Assembly: GCF_009914755.1 (NCBI RefSeq)
Contig: NC_060939.1
DNA length: 64,000 bases
Direction: 5' to 3' (one strand)
Origin: the human T2T-CHM13v2.0 reference genome, Homo sapiens
Positions 17,490-30,770 of the stretch are shown here, in pieces (the first letter of the stretch is position 1; each line of letters starts with the position of its first letter). The position numbers and the translations under genes were made by a program. Under the pieces are notes generated by a model. The model was not told the origin of the DNA. It worked only from the letters and a program-made list of their open reading frames with translations, and searched no databases.

Positions 17490-17832
17490 TTTTTTTTTTA
17501 ATTTTTATTTTATTTTATTTTATTTTGAGACGGAGTCTCGCTCTGTCACCAGGCTGGAGTGCAGTGGTGCGGTCTCGGCTCACTGCAACCCCCGACTCCC
17601 TGGTTCAGGCAGTTCTGCCGCCGACTCCCTGGTTCAAGCAATTCTGCCTCAACCTCCCGGGTAGCTGGGATTACCGGCACATGCCACCACGCCCAGCTAA
17701 TTTTTGTATTTTTAGTAGAGATGGGGTTTCACCATGTTGGCCAGGATGGTCTTGATTTCCTGACTTCGTGATCCACCCGCCTCAGCCTCCCAAAGTGCTG
17801 GGATTACAGGCGTGAGCCACCGCGCTCGGCCT
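17490..17832 (-). mobile_element. AluSc-like with an internal ~31-bp duplication
   Basis: ccgactccctggttca(g/a)gca(g/a)ttctgcc occurs twice. Confidence 0.9.
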
Positions 17833-18019
17833 CTACTATGTTTTAAAACAGTGGCTAGGTCATGCTTTTCTGTGTATCCTTACTTCCCTTATTCCATCAC
17901 CTCATCCATCACTTTACAACTGATCATACAATTACAAAATTATTTTACTAATCAGATTAAATGTGTGCCTTCCATTTGAAGAAGAAAGGTCTACTAAAGG
18001 CTTAGTTTTCCCTAGGACA

Positions 18020-18311
18020 CTGGGAGAATACAGGATCTGGTTTCCAGTGCCACAGTGGTGATCACACAGGAATAAACGGGACACAGGTCAGACAACAGCC
18101 AGAAAGTCATCTGCCAGTATATGTTTCCTGTGAGATGGACACCTGGTCCCAGGTCAGACACAGGTGTTAGAGTGTCAGCTAGGTAAAAGAAGTAACCTGA
18201 AAGAGACACGCTGTGAACAACTATGTCCACCTCCCCTTCATTTCCTAGTATTGGAGGGCTGCTAGCTGCTCTGTTACTAGGACCCAGATTTAGTTGGGGC
18301 CTCTCAGAACA
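18020..18311 (-). mobile_element. Probable ERV LTR fragment, subfamily unresolved
   Basis: Minus strand starts tgttctgagaggccccaactaa; LTR-like composition. Confidence 0.4.
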
Positions 18312-18419
18312 GGTCAGAATTGACCTATGCACAGTACCTGTGGGAGTCTGGATGAGGGCCATCCACTGAAAGTTAGTGAATCAAAGATTTAAGATTGATC
18401 TAAATGCAAATAGATCTGT

Positions 18420-18850
18420 GTCAAACGACTATACGCATAATTGCCTTATTTTATACTTATTGAAAAAATCCTCGTAAAATTATAAAGGCATAAGATTTAC
18501 TTGTTATGAAAATGAAGGCAATAATGAACGTAATTCATAAGTGAATTTGCAAATGTCTTGAAATTCCAATTCTGATTTTTCCAAATTAGATTTTGATTCA
18601 GAGTCATCGATGTCTTCACACCACCCTCTGTGGCATGAACAGAGATGGTAATGAAGCATTTCTTAGAAAACAAGGCTGGACCACTGTCTGTGTGATTTCC
18701 ACCTTTCTTGCTGACACCATTCTGCATGTTTTGATGTAAGTGATGTTACCAGAAGGAAACAGCAGAAGGTTGCAAAACAAGTGCAAACAATGAAAGCCAT
18801 GTCATGGCTGCCAACAGGCTAATAGTGATTGTAACAACACTTGACAAAAT
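18420..18850 (-). mobile_element. Kanga/Tc2-like DNA transposon remnant, paralogous to 30400-30770
   Basis: Minus strand ttctaagaaatgcttcattacc...gccacagag...gacatcgatgactctga resembles the FKKCCITNALDGTEDD coding segment. Confidence 0.55.
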
Positions 18851-18914
18851 AATTTTTAAAAATTATTCAAATATGATAACTAATAACGATACAGAATTAT
18901 CAAGGGAGGTCCAA

Positions 18915-19215
18915 TTTTTTTTTTTGTCTGAGACGGAGTCTCTCTTTGTTGTCCAGGCTGGAGTGCAGTGGCACGATCTCGGCTCTCTGCAACCTCCCTG
19001 ACCCAGGTTCAAGCATTTCTCCTGCCTCAGCCTCCTGAGTAGCTGGGATTACAGGCGGCTGCCACCACACCCAGCTAATTTTTGCATTTTTAGTAGAGAC
19101 GGGGTTTCACCATGTTTTTTGGCCAGGCTGGTCTCAAACTCTTGACCTCAGGTGATCCACCCGCCTTGGCCTCCCAATGTACTGGAATTACAGGCGTGAG
19201 CCACTGCACCCGGCC
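18915..19215 (-). mobile_element. AluS
   Basis: Antisense Alu consensus. Confidence 0.95.
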
Positions 19216-19509
19216 TAAGGGAGCTCTATTAATGGAGCTGAATCTATGAAACAAGAACATCTTCCTTCATCAAGGGAGCAAAACTGTCCAGAAAAAAAGT
19301 ACAGATGAGGTAGAAGGAGCCTGGTCTATGTGTTCATCTTCGTGGTGGATTGAGAATAGGGAGGCTGGAGAAGAGGCTGAGGGGGAAGTCAGGGCTCACT
19401 CCTGTCCTAAAAGCAAAAGGGAGCAAAAGAACCATGTTCATCTTCAGATTCACACATTCTTCACTTTGAAAGAAAATTTAAGTTTATTAGGAAACCATAT
19501 CTGTGAGGA

Positions 19510-19733
19510 GTTTTTATTTTTTTTTTGTTTTCTTTTTTTGAAACAGGGTCTTATTTTGTTGCCCAGGCTGGAGTGCAGTGGCATATACACTGTTCACTGC
19601 AGCCTCTACCTCCTGGGCCCTAGCAGTTATCCTACCTCAGCCTCCCATGTAGCTGGGACCACAGGCATATGCCACCAAGCCCTGCCTATTTTATTTTTTT
19701 GTAAAGACGTGTCTCACTTTGTTGCCCAGGCTG
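19510..19733 (-). mobile_element. AluJ, 5'-truncated
   Basis: cactgcagcctctacctcctgggc J-type right arm. Confidence 0.9.
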
Positions 19734-21236
19734 GTGGGGGGAAAGTTTTAGAGATTCATTAAATAATTTGTGAAATTTAAAATAAAGGAAAATATTCTGT
19801 TTTGGGTTTTGCCCAGTGCATGTTTGGGGCTCATAGGTGAACAACATGGACAAAATAACCTCTGATATTTCAGTCCAGTAGTGATTCAAGGACTGTAACC
19901 CAAATCTCAAATGTAGGAGTTTTGGGTTACAAAACTTTTGGGAGCTGAGAGCACAGGCATCAGACCTGAAATGGAATGGACAAGGAAGGCCTCTAGGAGG
20001 AGGAACATTGGAGGAGGTTCTGGAGAGCGTGGAGCAGTGAATCTGGCAAACAGGAGAAAGAGAAGAGGAAAAAATGTGTCTGTGGCACAGGCCAGGGCAT
20101 GAGAAGGGGACAGTGGATTAGAAGGACTGCTGGGATTAGCAACATGTAAGGAGGGCAGGAGCGGGAAGGGCAGACCATGGAGAGGCTGTGAAGGGGAGAG
20201 TGGGCAGGTCAGGAAGTGACACAGGGCCGGCCAGCCCACTAAGGAATGCATTTGTTGTGCTGGTAGTTCAAATATCAGTCTCGTTCCTTGCAACAGTACC
20301 TCCAGGTCAAGAAGAGTGAGGATAGCCTCTGTGTCTGAGGAGGTCCCTGTGCATTATGAGGAATTGGTTCTAGGAAGAAGGGAGAGTGAAGAGGAACAGA
20401 GAGGACCCTCCAGATCCAGTACGGGCCAACTAAGGGAACTTGGATGCTCCTGTTCATGTCCCTTTCTCCATCACTGAGACTCGCCCCATCCCACCCTGAA
20501 TGCAGGTTCCTTTCCCCTCGGTTATTTTGTGCGTCTCAGATGATGACATGTATTGTAACTTTATTCTATCACATATGACTTTTACATTATATCATAGAAA
20601 AAGTTACTTACATAAATTACTTAATGGTGGATTAGTCATAGTTAAAATGTTGTCAGCTTGGTAAACAAATGAAATTATCACGCTTTAGTTTTTCTTCGTT
20701 GATCATTTATGAAGATTAGTGTCTCCTCATTTCATGGATGTCACAACTACATGTTCTTAAGTAAGGTGTATGCTTGGGGTGTTGTGTTTTCCCTGTTAAT
20801 GTTGGATACTCCAGTGTTCAGCAAACTATAAACCTATCAACACACATTTGAAAAATCCAGTTGTTTTGTGTTTTATTTCGTGTATCCTGTCTTTACAATA
20901 TTATATCTTTTCTTCTGCTTACTTGAAATTTAATTTGCTCTTCTTTTTCTAGGTTCCTAAGATGGAAACTTAGGCGATCATTGGGCATCATCATAGGGTC
21001 TACCTGCCAAATCAGGTCTTCTTCATTCTGCAAAAGTTTCTCAGTCACCACTTATATTTCATGACTTTGACCCTTGTGAAAATACCAGTCAGATATCTTG
21101 TGGAATGTCCCACAATGTGTATTTGTCTGATGGTTTCTCATAATTAGACTAGAAACAATGTGTAAATTAAACATATTTTTCCAAATTAGAAAACAAGAAA
21201 AACAGAATAACATATTAGTTAGAAGTATTAACATAG

Positions 21237-21560
21237 GGCTGGACGCAGTGGCTTATGCCTATAATCCCAACACTTTGGGAGGTGAAGGTGGGCAGATTAA
21301 TTGAATCCAGCAATTCAGCAATTCAAGACCAATCTGGGCAACATGGCAGAACGCTGTTTCTAAAAAAAATGCAAAAAATTAGCTAGGTGTTGCAGCATAT
21401 GTCTGCAGTCTCAGCTACTCGGGAGGCTGAGGTGGGAGGATTGGGAGGGTGGCCTGAGCTTGGGAGGTCAAGGTTCACTGAGCTGTGATTGTGCCATAGC
21501 GCTCCAACCTGGGCAAGAGAGTGAGACCATATCTCAACAAAAAAGAGAGAAAAGAAAAAA
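21237..21560 (+). mobile_element. AluJ
   Basis: gaggtgggaggatt, ggaggtcaagg J diagnostics. Confidence 0.9.
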
Positions 21561-21975
21561 TAACAGAGAAAAATAATTTTTAAAAATCAGGTAATGACAA
21601 ATAGGGAATTCCAAATATATTGCTAATGGTCTGTTAAGCTTGACAGTGCTTTTAGAAAACTTGTTCTGTTTAGAATAGTGTTAGACTCACAGAACAAATT
21701 GGTAATATAAAGAGTTTACATATACCACACACAGTTTTCCTTATTATAAATCTTAACATTAGTGTGTTACGCTTGTTACAATTAAGAACCAATGTTAAAC
21801 ATTATCATTCACTGCTATCCATGCTTTATTTACATGTCCTTAATTTCACTTAATGTCCATTTTTTGATTCTGGAATCCCATCCAGGATGACACATCATAT
21901 TTAGATGTCATTCCTCTTTATGCTTCATAAGCTGTTGACACTTCCTTCAACTTTCCTGGTCTTTCATGACATTGA

Positions 21976-22294
<319 letters not shown>

Positions 22295-23325
22295 ATAGGT
22301 TTTCAAAAGGAGGACTACACAGGGAAATTGCCATTCTTATCACATCATACCAATGTTACATACTAATAGCATGTCATATCATGTTGACCTTAATTTGATT
22401 ACCTATTTGAATTACTTCTTATCAGATTCTTCCACTGTTAAATTGCTATTTGTTACACTTCCTGTGTTGTACTTTTGAAAAGAAGTCATTAGGCTTAGTA
22501 AGAAGTGGGAAGTCATTCTTCACCTCTTTATGGGAAGAGTATCTGCAAAAATAATTTGGAATCCTTCAACATGTGAAATGTGTCAGTTTTCCTCCATTTG
22601 TTTTATATATTTTTTCACTCATTTATTTATATCAATATGCAAACATGGATCTTTATTTTACACTTACATTTTACTAGTTTATTTTGTTGTTCAAAATTTT
22701 CTACTCTTGGCTATTGGAAGGTCTTTTAATTGGCTACTATATCATTTTCGTATACACACTCCTAGTATAATGGCATGAATCCGTTTATGAGGCTAAAGCC
22801 CTCAAGGCCTAATTACCTTTTAACAGCCCCACCTTTTAATACTGCTACAGTGGCAGTTAGTTTCCACTAACTGTAGGGGACAAAAATTCAAACCATAGCA
22901 AGAACATACCAAAACCATTTTTAAAAACAATAATGCATTTATTTCTGCAAAAAATGGCCATAAAGGGCCACCTTTATATGTGATCATGTAGATCACCCTC
23001 TATATGATAAGGAAGACAAATGGAGAACGAATTAGATAGAGAACTGTTGTGAATTAAAGTATTAGGTTTGGAATACAACTTTTTGGGTTGATTGCTCATA
23101 TTTCTTAGAACAGAAATTCTCAGTGTACAACTTTAACTCTGAAGAAAGCTACCCATCCAATGAAGAAGTAGCAAAGTGACTGTTTGCCATTTCTATCTTC
23201 CTTCTCAATAGATTTATTGAAACATAGCATATACATCACCTCTCCACATTTGTTGTACTTTTGTTATTTCTAGTTCATTCTTGAGGTTTCTCTTTAACAC
23301 AGCGACTATTAATTCTAGCCCAGTT

Positions 23326-23622
<297 letters not shown>

Positions 23623-24108
23623 CTAGTGCTGCTCAAGAAGCCTCTAGAAGATTTGTTCATGGATGTTTACATTGTGCCTTTCAGGGTACACTTTTTTAAA
23701 TCTTATTTTACAGCCAAATACATAATTATCTGATTTGTCAGTGGTTTTATTCTCCATTGTGAAATGTAAAGTAATGATGCAACCTATAATTGAGGTGAAT
23801 AATTTATTTTGCAATTACTATTTATGTCAGTATCAGCAAATACTACATTCATTTGTATAGATGATATTAATCTACAGGTTTTATGGATTATTAGTTCATT
23901 TCATCCTCACAGCATCTCAAGAGGTCGGCACTAGTTTTACTCCCAATCACCTAGTGAATTTGATCTAAAGCCCTACAAGAAAGGAATGGATGAAACTTGA
24001 TTTTGACTGAGTCTATCTTTGAAGTCTTTACTTACATCACGTGTTTTAGAATATCTTTTTTTGTATGGAAAACACATTCTAGGACCGGATTAAGAAATGT
24101 TACTCTAG

Positions 24109-24414
24109 GGCCAGGCGCAGTGGCTCATGCCTGTAATACCAGCATTTTGGGAGGTTGAGGCAGGCAGATCACCTGAGGTCAGAAGTTTGAGACCAGCCTG
24201 GCCAATGTGGCAAAATACCGTCTCTACTAAAAATACAAAAAAATTATCCAGGCATGCTGGCGGGCACCTGTAATCCCAGCTACTCAGGAAGCTGAGGCAG
24301 GAGAATTGCTTGAACTCAGGAGGAGGAGGTTGCAGTGAGCCAAGATTGCACCATTGCACTCCAGCCTGGGCAACAGAGCGAGAATCTGTCTCAAAAAAAA
24401 AAAAAAAAAAAAAA
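24109..24414 (+). mobile_element. AluS
   Basis: Alu consensus. Confidence 0.95.
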
Positions 24415-25019
24415 GGTATTCTACCCCGGAAGTCATGTTCCCAAATTAGATGTAAATCCTGTGTTAAATTGATTTAATATTTAGGTCTAAGATCCACCTA
24501 GGAATGATTTTATGTGTAATGTGAGGTTATAGATCAGATTTTATTTTTCCCTGTGGATATATTTCTTGAAATATTTATAGAAAAATTCACATTTCCCCAA
24601 TTAATCTTATAAATTATTTGTGTATATATGCTTGTGTCTGATTTGCTCTCTCCTTTTTTTTTCCATTGGTTTATTTCTCTGTGAAAATATCACACTATTT
24701 TAGTAAGACACTTCATTTAACACAGAATTTTCTCTCTAGGGCCTTCTCTTAGCCAAGTGTGCTATTATATAAAGAAGAAAGAGTGAAAACCTCTATGCCT
24801 TGAACCTACACCAATATTCTCAGTTGTCCCTTGAATAAAGAGCAGAATTTAGAACTCACTATTACTGATGACACTTAGGTCTTTAATGTTCTTGTGAATC
24901 TTAGACAACCCCCACAACATCATTCCCTGCTTTATTTGCTTAGTCCATTCTTGGTGGATTTTATGAGATGTCAACACTCCTCATTAGGATTCCCTCCTTC
25001 TGAAGCCTTTGGGATTTTC

Positions 25020-25270
25020 TACCCACCCAGCAACCACCAGAGGTGGCAGAAACCCCTGCAGACATCCTTCTTGCGCAAGCGCAGTTGTACCATGAATGCG
25101 GTCGTCCTGCTGCAGACCACGCCCACCAAGGGCGGGGCCACATCCACTGCAGCTGAGCTCAGAGCCTTCTGTGGGGTCTGCAGTGGCAAGGCCAGCCGCC
25201 CCCTGTCTTCCCTCTGGAGCTGTTTGAGGAATGCAGTTCTTTTGCATAAGAAAGGCTTTTCTCTCCAGTC
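25020..25270. promoter_or_regulatory. Weak CpG/GC-box promoter-like element P2, a diverged paralog of P1/P3
   Basis: CCACGCCC and GGGCGGGGC KLF/Sp boxes (~25117-25139), residual CpGs; downstream flank aligns with P1 downstream flank. Confidence 0.5.
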
Positions 25271-26300
25271 ATTCTGCTTGCTGATCAAGAACACTTAACA
25301 GCTTCAGGCTTTCCTGGTAATATTCATTCTTGCTTTTGTGTTTTTGTTTTAAGGTCCAAATATCTTTAATACTTGTATGCAGTTTTCTTTTTTATAATTT
25401 CACATAAACATCATCTAAAACCAACTTCGCATGTTCGCATTCTGTATTAACAACTTTCGTTTTTGTATTTAAAAATACATTCATAATCACTTTTTCAAAA
25501 TATCTTGTCAGTTATTTTCATCTTTCCCATGATCATTCTTTACCAGTGCAATGGAAATATTACTTTTATTAGGAAAAGCAGATGTCACGCGGTTTTTAGT
25601 GTTGTCGAGAAATTTCCTATGAAACATCTCTGGTTGAAAAGGAGAGGAACAAAATTTTATGTGAGGCACAAGATCACATATGCTCAGAATCGCATGCTTT
25701 AATAAAGGCTGTGATTATTTGCATTATATTGTTTAGCTTGTTCTAATTGTAAAAGGTAGACAAAGAATTAATTTGTGTAGACAGAACATTGCGACTCCCA
25801 TTCTAAATGTAGAGACAGTCACTGCACTGCGCAAATAGGAATGTCGTCATGTTGTTTGCTTTTCTCCTTACCCCAAAACTGTAGACATTGGCTGGAGTCT
25901 TTGATTTTTTTCCCAACTTGCTTTTGTAATTGTCGGCATGATGTTTGCACAGATAACCAATGATATAGATATATATTTTTTTCTTACTATTTGATGAATG
26001 ATTAATATTTTGGGTTTTTTTTATGTTTTCAGTGAATCAAAAATATCATTCAGAAAATGTTGTCATCCATATCCAGGTAGCATATAGTTTTATAATCTGA
26101 TCTTGTAATAAGGAAATTACAGTCCTTATTGATTTTCTGTTATTAGTTAGCATTTTTTAAGTTTTCATGCTTGTGAGTATTTGGGAATTTTTTTTTTTAC
26201 TCTGTCAATAATTTAACACCTTTGTATTGGTCATCTGGGTCGATGTCTATTGTTTAGGCTCAACCTTTGACACTCCTCTGAGGTAGTTTTTATGTGAATT

Positions 26301-27009
26301 TGTAACCACCCAAGGGATTCACCTTGCCAGCTGTCTAGACAGAGCCGATTTATCAAGACAAGGGAACTATAATAGAGAAGCAAGAATTCACCCAGAGCCG
26401 GCTGTGCAGGAGACCATAGTTTTATTATTACTCAAATCAATCTCCCTGTAGGGGGATCAGGGGTTTCTAAGAATAATTTGGTGGGTAGGGGGTCGGAAAG
26501 TGGGGAGTGCTGATTGGTCATGTTGGAGATGAAATCATAGGGAGTGGAAGCTGTCCTCTTGCGCTGAGTCAGTTCCCCGGTTGGGGCCATAAGATCAGAT
26601 GAGTCAGTTTATTGATCTGGGTGGTATCAGCTGATCCATCGGGAGCAGGGCCTGCAATAGATCTCAAGCACTGACTGAGCTTAGGTTTCACAATAGTGAT
26701 GTTATCCCCAGGAGCAGTTTGAGGCAGTTTAGAGTCCTGCAGTCTCCAGCTGGATGAATCCTAAACCGTAATTTTTAATCTTGTAGCTGATTTGTTATTC
26801 CTACAAAGGCATGATGGAGGGGGGTTGTTTTGGGAAAGGGCTGTTACTGTCTTCATTTAAAAGCTAAACTATAAACCGAATTCCTCCTGAAGTTCGCGGG
26901 GAATGAACAAGGGCAGCTTGGAGGTTAGAAGCAAGATGGAGTCAGTTAGGTCAGATCTCTTTCACTGTAATAATTTTCTCAGTTATGATTTTTTGCAAAG
27001 ATGGTTTCA
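26301..27009 (-). mobile_element. LTR8 (ERV1) solo LTR
   Basis: Minus strand TGAAACCATCTTTGCAAAAAATCATAACTGAG...GGTGGTTACA; 4-bp TSD AATT. Confidence 0.9.
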
Positions 27010-27115
27010 AATTGATGGCTTAGTGTCCTGGGTAGTGAAAATGGAATTCCTCAACCGAATTGAACATGGATTTCCTCCTGAAGAAACAATTTAGGGCTCC
27101 AAAAAGTAAACCGGG

Positions 27116-27920
<805 letters not shown>

Positions 27921-28194
27921 TAGACCAGGATTGATTTAGGGCCTGTATTATAAATTGTACAAATGCCAACAAGATTGTATTCCACTAGAGGAACGCATTC
28001 TCTAGTGAAGGAAGCATTCCTGCAGGATGAGTCCCTGAGACTCACTAGCAAATTTCATACAAGTAATGAAATCCTCAGTCTAATGGAATAAAAACAATTC
28101 CAGGGGCATTTGTTAAAGATGTATAAGATGTGAGAAACCAACAGACTAACAGCATTGATACTTTATGGATATTTTTATTCCAAATTAATAGATG

Positions 28195-28723
28195 TGTTAC
28201 AGGAAAAGGGTCCTGATCCAGACCCCAAGAGAGGGTTGCCGATATTCAGGGCCAGTCTGCAGAGTAAAGTGAAAGCAAGCTTACTAAGAAAGTAAAGCAA
28301 AAAAAGAATGGTTACTCCATAGACAGAGCAGCCCTGTGGGCTGCTGGATTCCCATTTTTATGGTTATTTATTGATTATATGCTAAACCAAGGGTGGATTA
28401 TCCATGCCTCCCCTTTTTAGACCATATAAAGTAACTTTCTGATGTTGCCATGGCATTTGTAAACTGTCGTGGTGCTGGAGGGATGTAGCACTGAGGACGA
28501 CCAGAGGTCACTCTCGTCACCGTCATGGTTTTGGTGGATTTTAGCCGGCCTCTTTACTGCAGCCTGTTTTATCAGCAAGATCTTTATGACCTGTATCTTG
28601 TGCCAGTCTCCTGATGTGACTTAAAATGCCTTAACCATCTGGGAATGCAGCCCAGTAGGTCTCATCCTCATTTTACCCAGCCCTATTCAAGATGGAGTTG
28701 CTCTGGTTCACATGCCTCTGACA
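28195..28723 (-). mobile_element. MER41 solo LTR (MER41A-like; no tandem GAS segment)
   Basis: Minus strand TGTCAGAGGCATGTGAACCAGAGCAACTCCATCTTGAATAGG...CCTGTAACA; TSD GATG. Confidence 0.9.
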
Positions 28724-29094
28724 GATGGACATTTGTTTGCCAAGCAATGCTGCAATCAGGGGCTCTGGATTTCAGTCCTCCATACAGAGAATGTCAAGGG
28801 CAGACCTTAATAAAAATAAATAAATGAATAATCAAATTTTTAAAATTACCTCTTTCATTCTTTTATTGTATTATGATCTGACACCATTAACTTTAATTTT
28901 CTTGCATATGGAGAGCAACTTGATACAAACTGTGGTATTTATTTAGTGAAGAAAAGAGATAAGGTGATTCCCAAATTTAAAGGAAACTGGAAGTTTTGTG
29001 GGAAACAAATGGAGGAGATAAGACTTACTAGTTTCTACTTATTTTAATGAGAATTGTGTTGTTCATTTATAAATACAAAGCTCCATTTAAATTA

Positions 29095-29445
29095 CAGATG
29101 ATTTTGATTTATGATGAGGTTACTTCCAGATAAACCCATCACAAGTTAAAAATGTCATCAGTCGAAAATGCATTGAATATACCTAACTTAGTTAAAATCA
29201 CAGCCTAGCCTATCATCCTTAAGTGTGCTCAAAACACTTATATTAGCCTAACGTTTGGGAAGATCATCCACACAAAGCCTATTTTATCATAAAGTGTTGA
29301 ATATCTCATGCAATTTATTGAATACTGTACTGAAACAGAAAAACAGAAAGATTGGACACTCAAAGTATAGTTTCCATTAATGTGTATTGCTTTTATTTAA
29401 TTTAAAAATTTTAAGTTGAATCATAGCAAGTGAGGAAGCCCATAT
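29095..29445. mobile_element. Tigger4/MER46 DNA transposon
   Basis: cagatg..ttatgatgaggttac..gataaacccatc..gtcgaaaatgcatt. Confidence 0.8.
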
Positions 29446-29618
29446 ATTATAAAATGTAATAAGTTTACCAGCCACAAATAACAACAAATCATAGGAAATG
29501 CAGGGATTGGGTTGAGGTGAGGTGGTTCAACCTATTATACCCATTTCCTTCATCTGTAATGGGCTGCCCTTCATCCTTGGGGTTGTTGCAGGGTGGCTGT
29601 GCAGTGCAAAGGGCACAC

Positions 29619-29730
29619 AAGAATTGCTTGAACCTGGGAGGTGGAGGTTGCATTGAGCTGAGATTGTGCCACTGCACTCTAGCCTGGGCAACAGAGTGAG
29701 ACCCCACCTCAAAAGCATAAATAAATAAAA
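29619..29730 (+). mobile_element. Alu right-arm fragment
   Basis: Alu 3' part with tail. Confidence 0.85.
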
Positions 29731-29752
29731 GGATAATATCTCTGTCAAAGTA

Positions 29753-30347
29753 CAGTGATGCATTGCTTAATCATGGAAATACCTTCTGAGAAATGCATTG
29801 TTTGGTGATTTCATCTCTGTGCAAACATGGAGAGCATTACACAAACCTAGAAGGCATAGCCTACTACACATCCAGGCTACATGGTACTTACTATTGCTCC
29901 CAAGCTATAAGCCTATAAGCATGTGACTGTCCTGAATACTATAAGCAATTGTAACACAATGATAAGTATTTAAACATGTAACCTATCTAAACATAGAAAA
30001 CATAAAAAGATGGTATAAAACAAAAAATATTGTTCAGTTGTATAGGGCAGTTGCCATGCCTGGAGCTTGCAGGACTGGAAGTTCTTCTGGGTGAGTCAGT
30101 GAGTGAGTGGTGAGTGAATGTGAAGACCTAGGACATTACTGTATGCTACTGCAGACTTTAGAAACACTGTAAACTAAGGCTACACTTAATTTATTAAAAA
30201 CTAAAGTAATTGTGCTATGGCATCGTGACAGCTTTGACATCTCTAGGTGATAGGAAGTTCTCAGGTCAATTATAACCTTATGAGAGTACCCTCCTATATG
30301 TTGTCTTTCCTTGACAGAATAAAATATCATTTTGAGAGCCATGACTA
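29753..30347. mobile_element. Tigger3/MER7 DNA transposon
   Basis: cagtgatgcattgcttaa..ttctgagaaatgcattg; gagcttgcaggactggaagtt..gtgagtcagtgagtgagtgg. Confidence 0.85.
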
Positions 30348-30399
30348 ATAAACACATAAGAGTCGATTTAATATTTATTTTAAAAGCCCTTCCATAGTT

Positions 30400-30770
30400 A
30401 TAAAAGCATAAGTTTTAGTCACATCAAAATATAAACAATCTTGAAATTAATTCATAAGTAAATCAATAGATATCTTGAAATTGTGCTTATGATAGTTCTA
30501 AACCAGACTTTAATGCAGAATCTTGGATATCTTAATCACACTGTGTGGCAGGAAGACTGATGGCAATAAAACATTTCTTAAAAAAGAGGCTGCAGCATTT
30601 TCTGTGCAATTTGCACCATTCCTGTTCACACCTGTTCTGTAAGTGTTGCTGCAGGCGATCCTGTAAGAAATGACAGTGGGTTGCAGCGCAAGTTCATGCA
30701 AACAATGAAAAGCATGTCATGGCTACCACTAGGCTAACAGCTATTTTAATAAAATTTGAAATAAAATAGA
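30400..30770 (-). mobile_element. Kanga/Tc2-like remnant, paralog of 18420-18850
   Basis: tgcaaacaatgaaa..catgtcatggct shared with 18782-18810. Confidence 0.55.

Noticed and set aside
25034-25050. CCACCAGAGGTGGCAG as a CTCF site in P2
   Set aside because: Neither register fits the core spacing well; not shared with P1/P3
28195-28723. MER41 as an interferon-inducible STAT1 enhancer
   Set aside because: This copy lacks the tandem GAS segment of MER41B and looks MER41A-like
29095-29445. Tigger4 copies at 29.1 kb and 51.0 kb as part of the duplication
   Set aside because: Flanks do not visibly align; likely independent insertions
30480-30662. Minus-strand acceptor tttcttacag|GATCG as a conserved exon
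   Set aside because: Lies in a Kanga/Tc2 remnant, and the acceptor is not preserved in the unit 2 paralog
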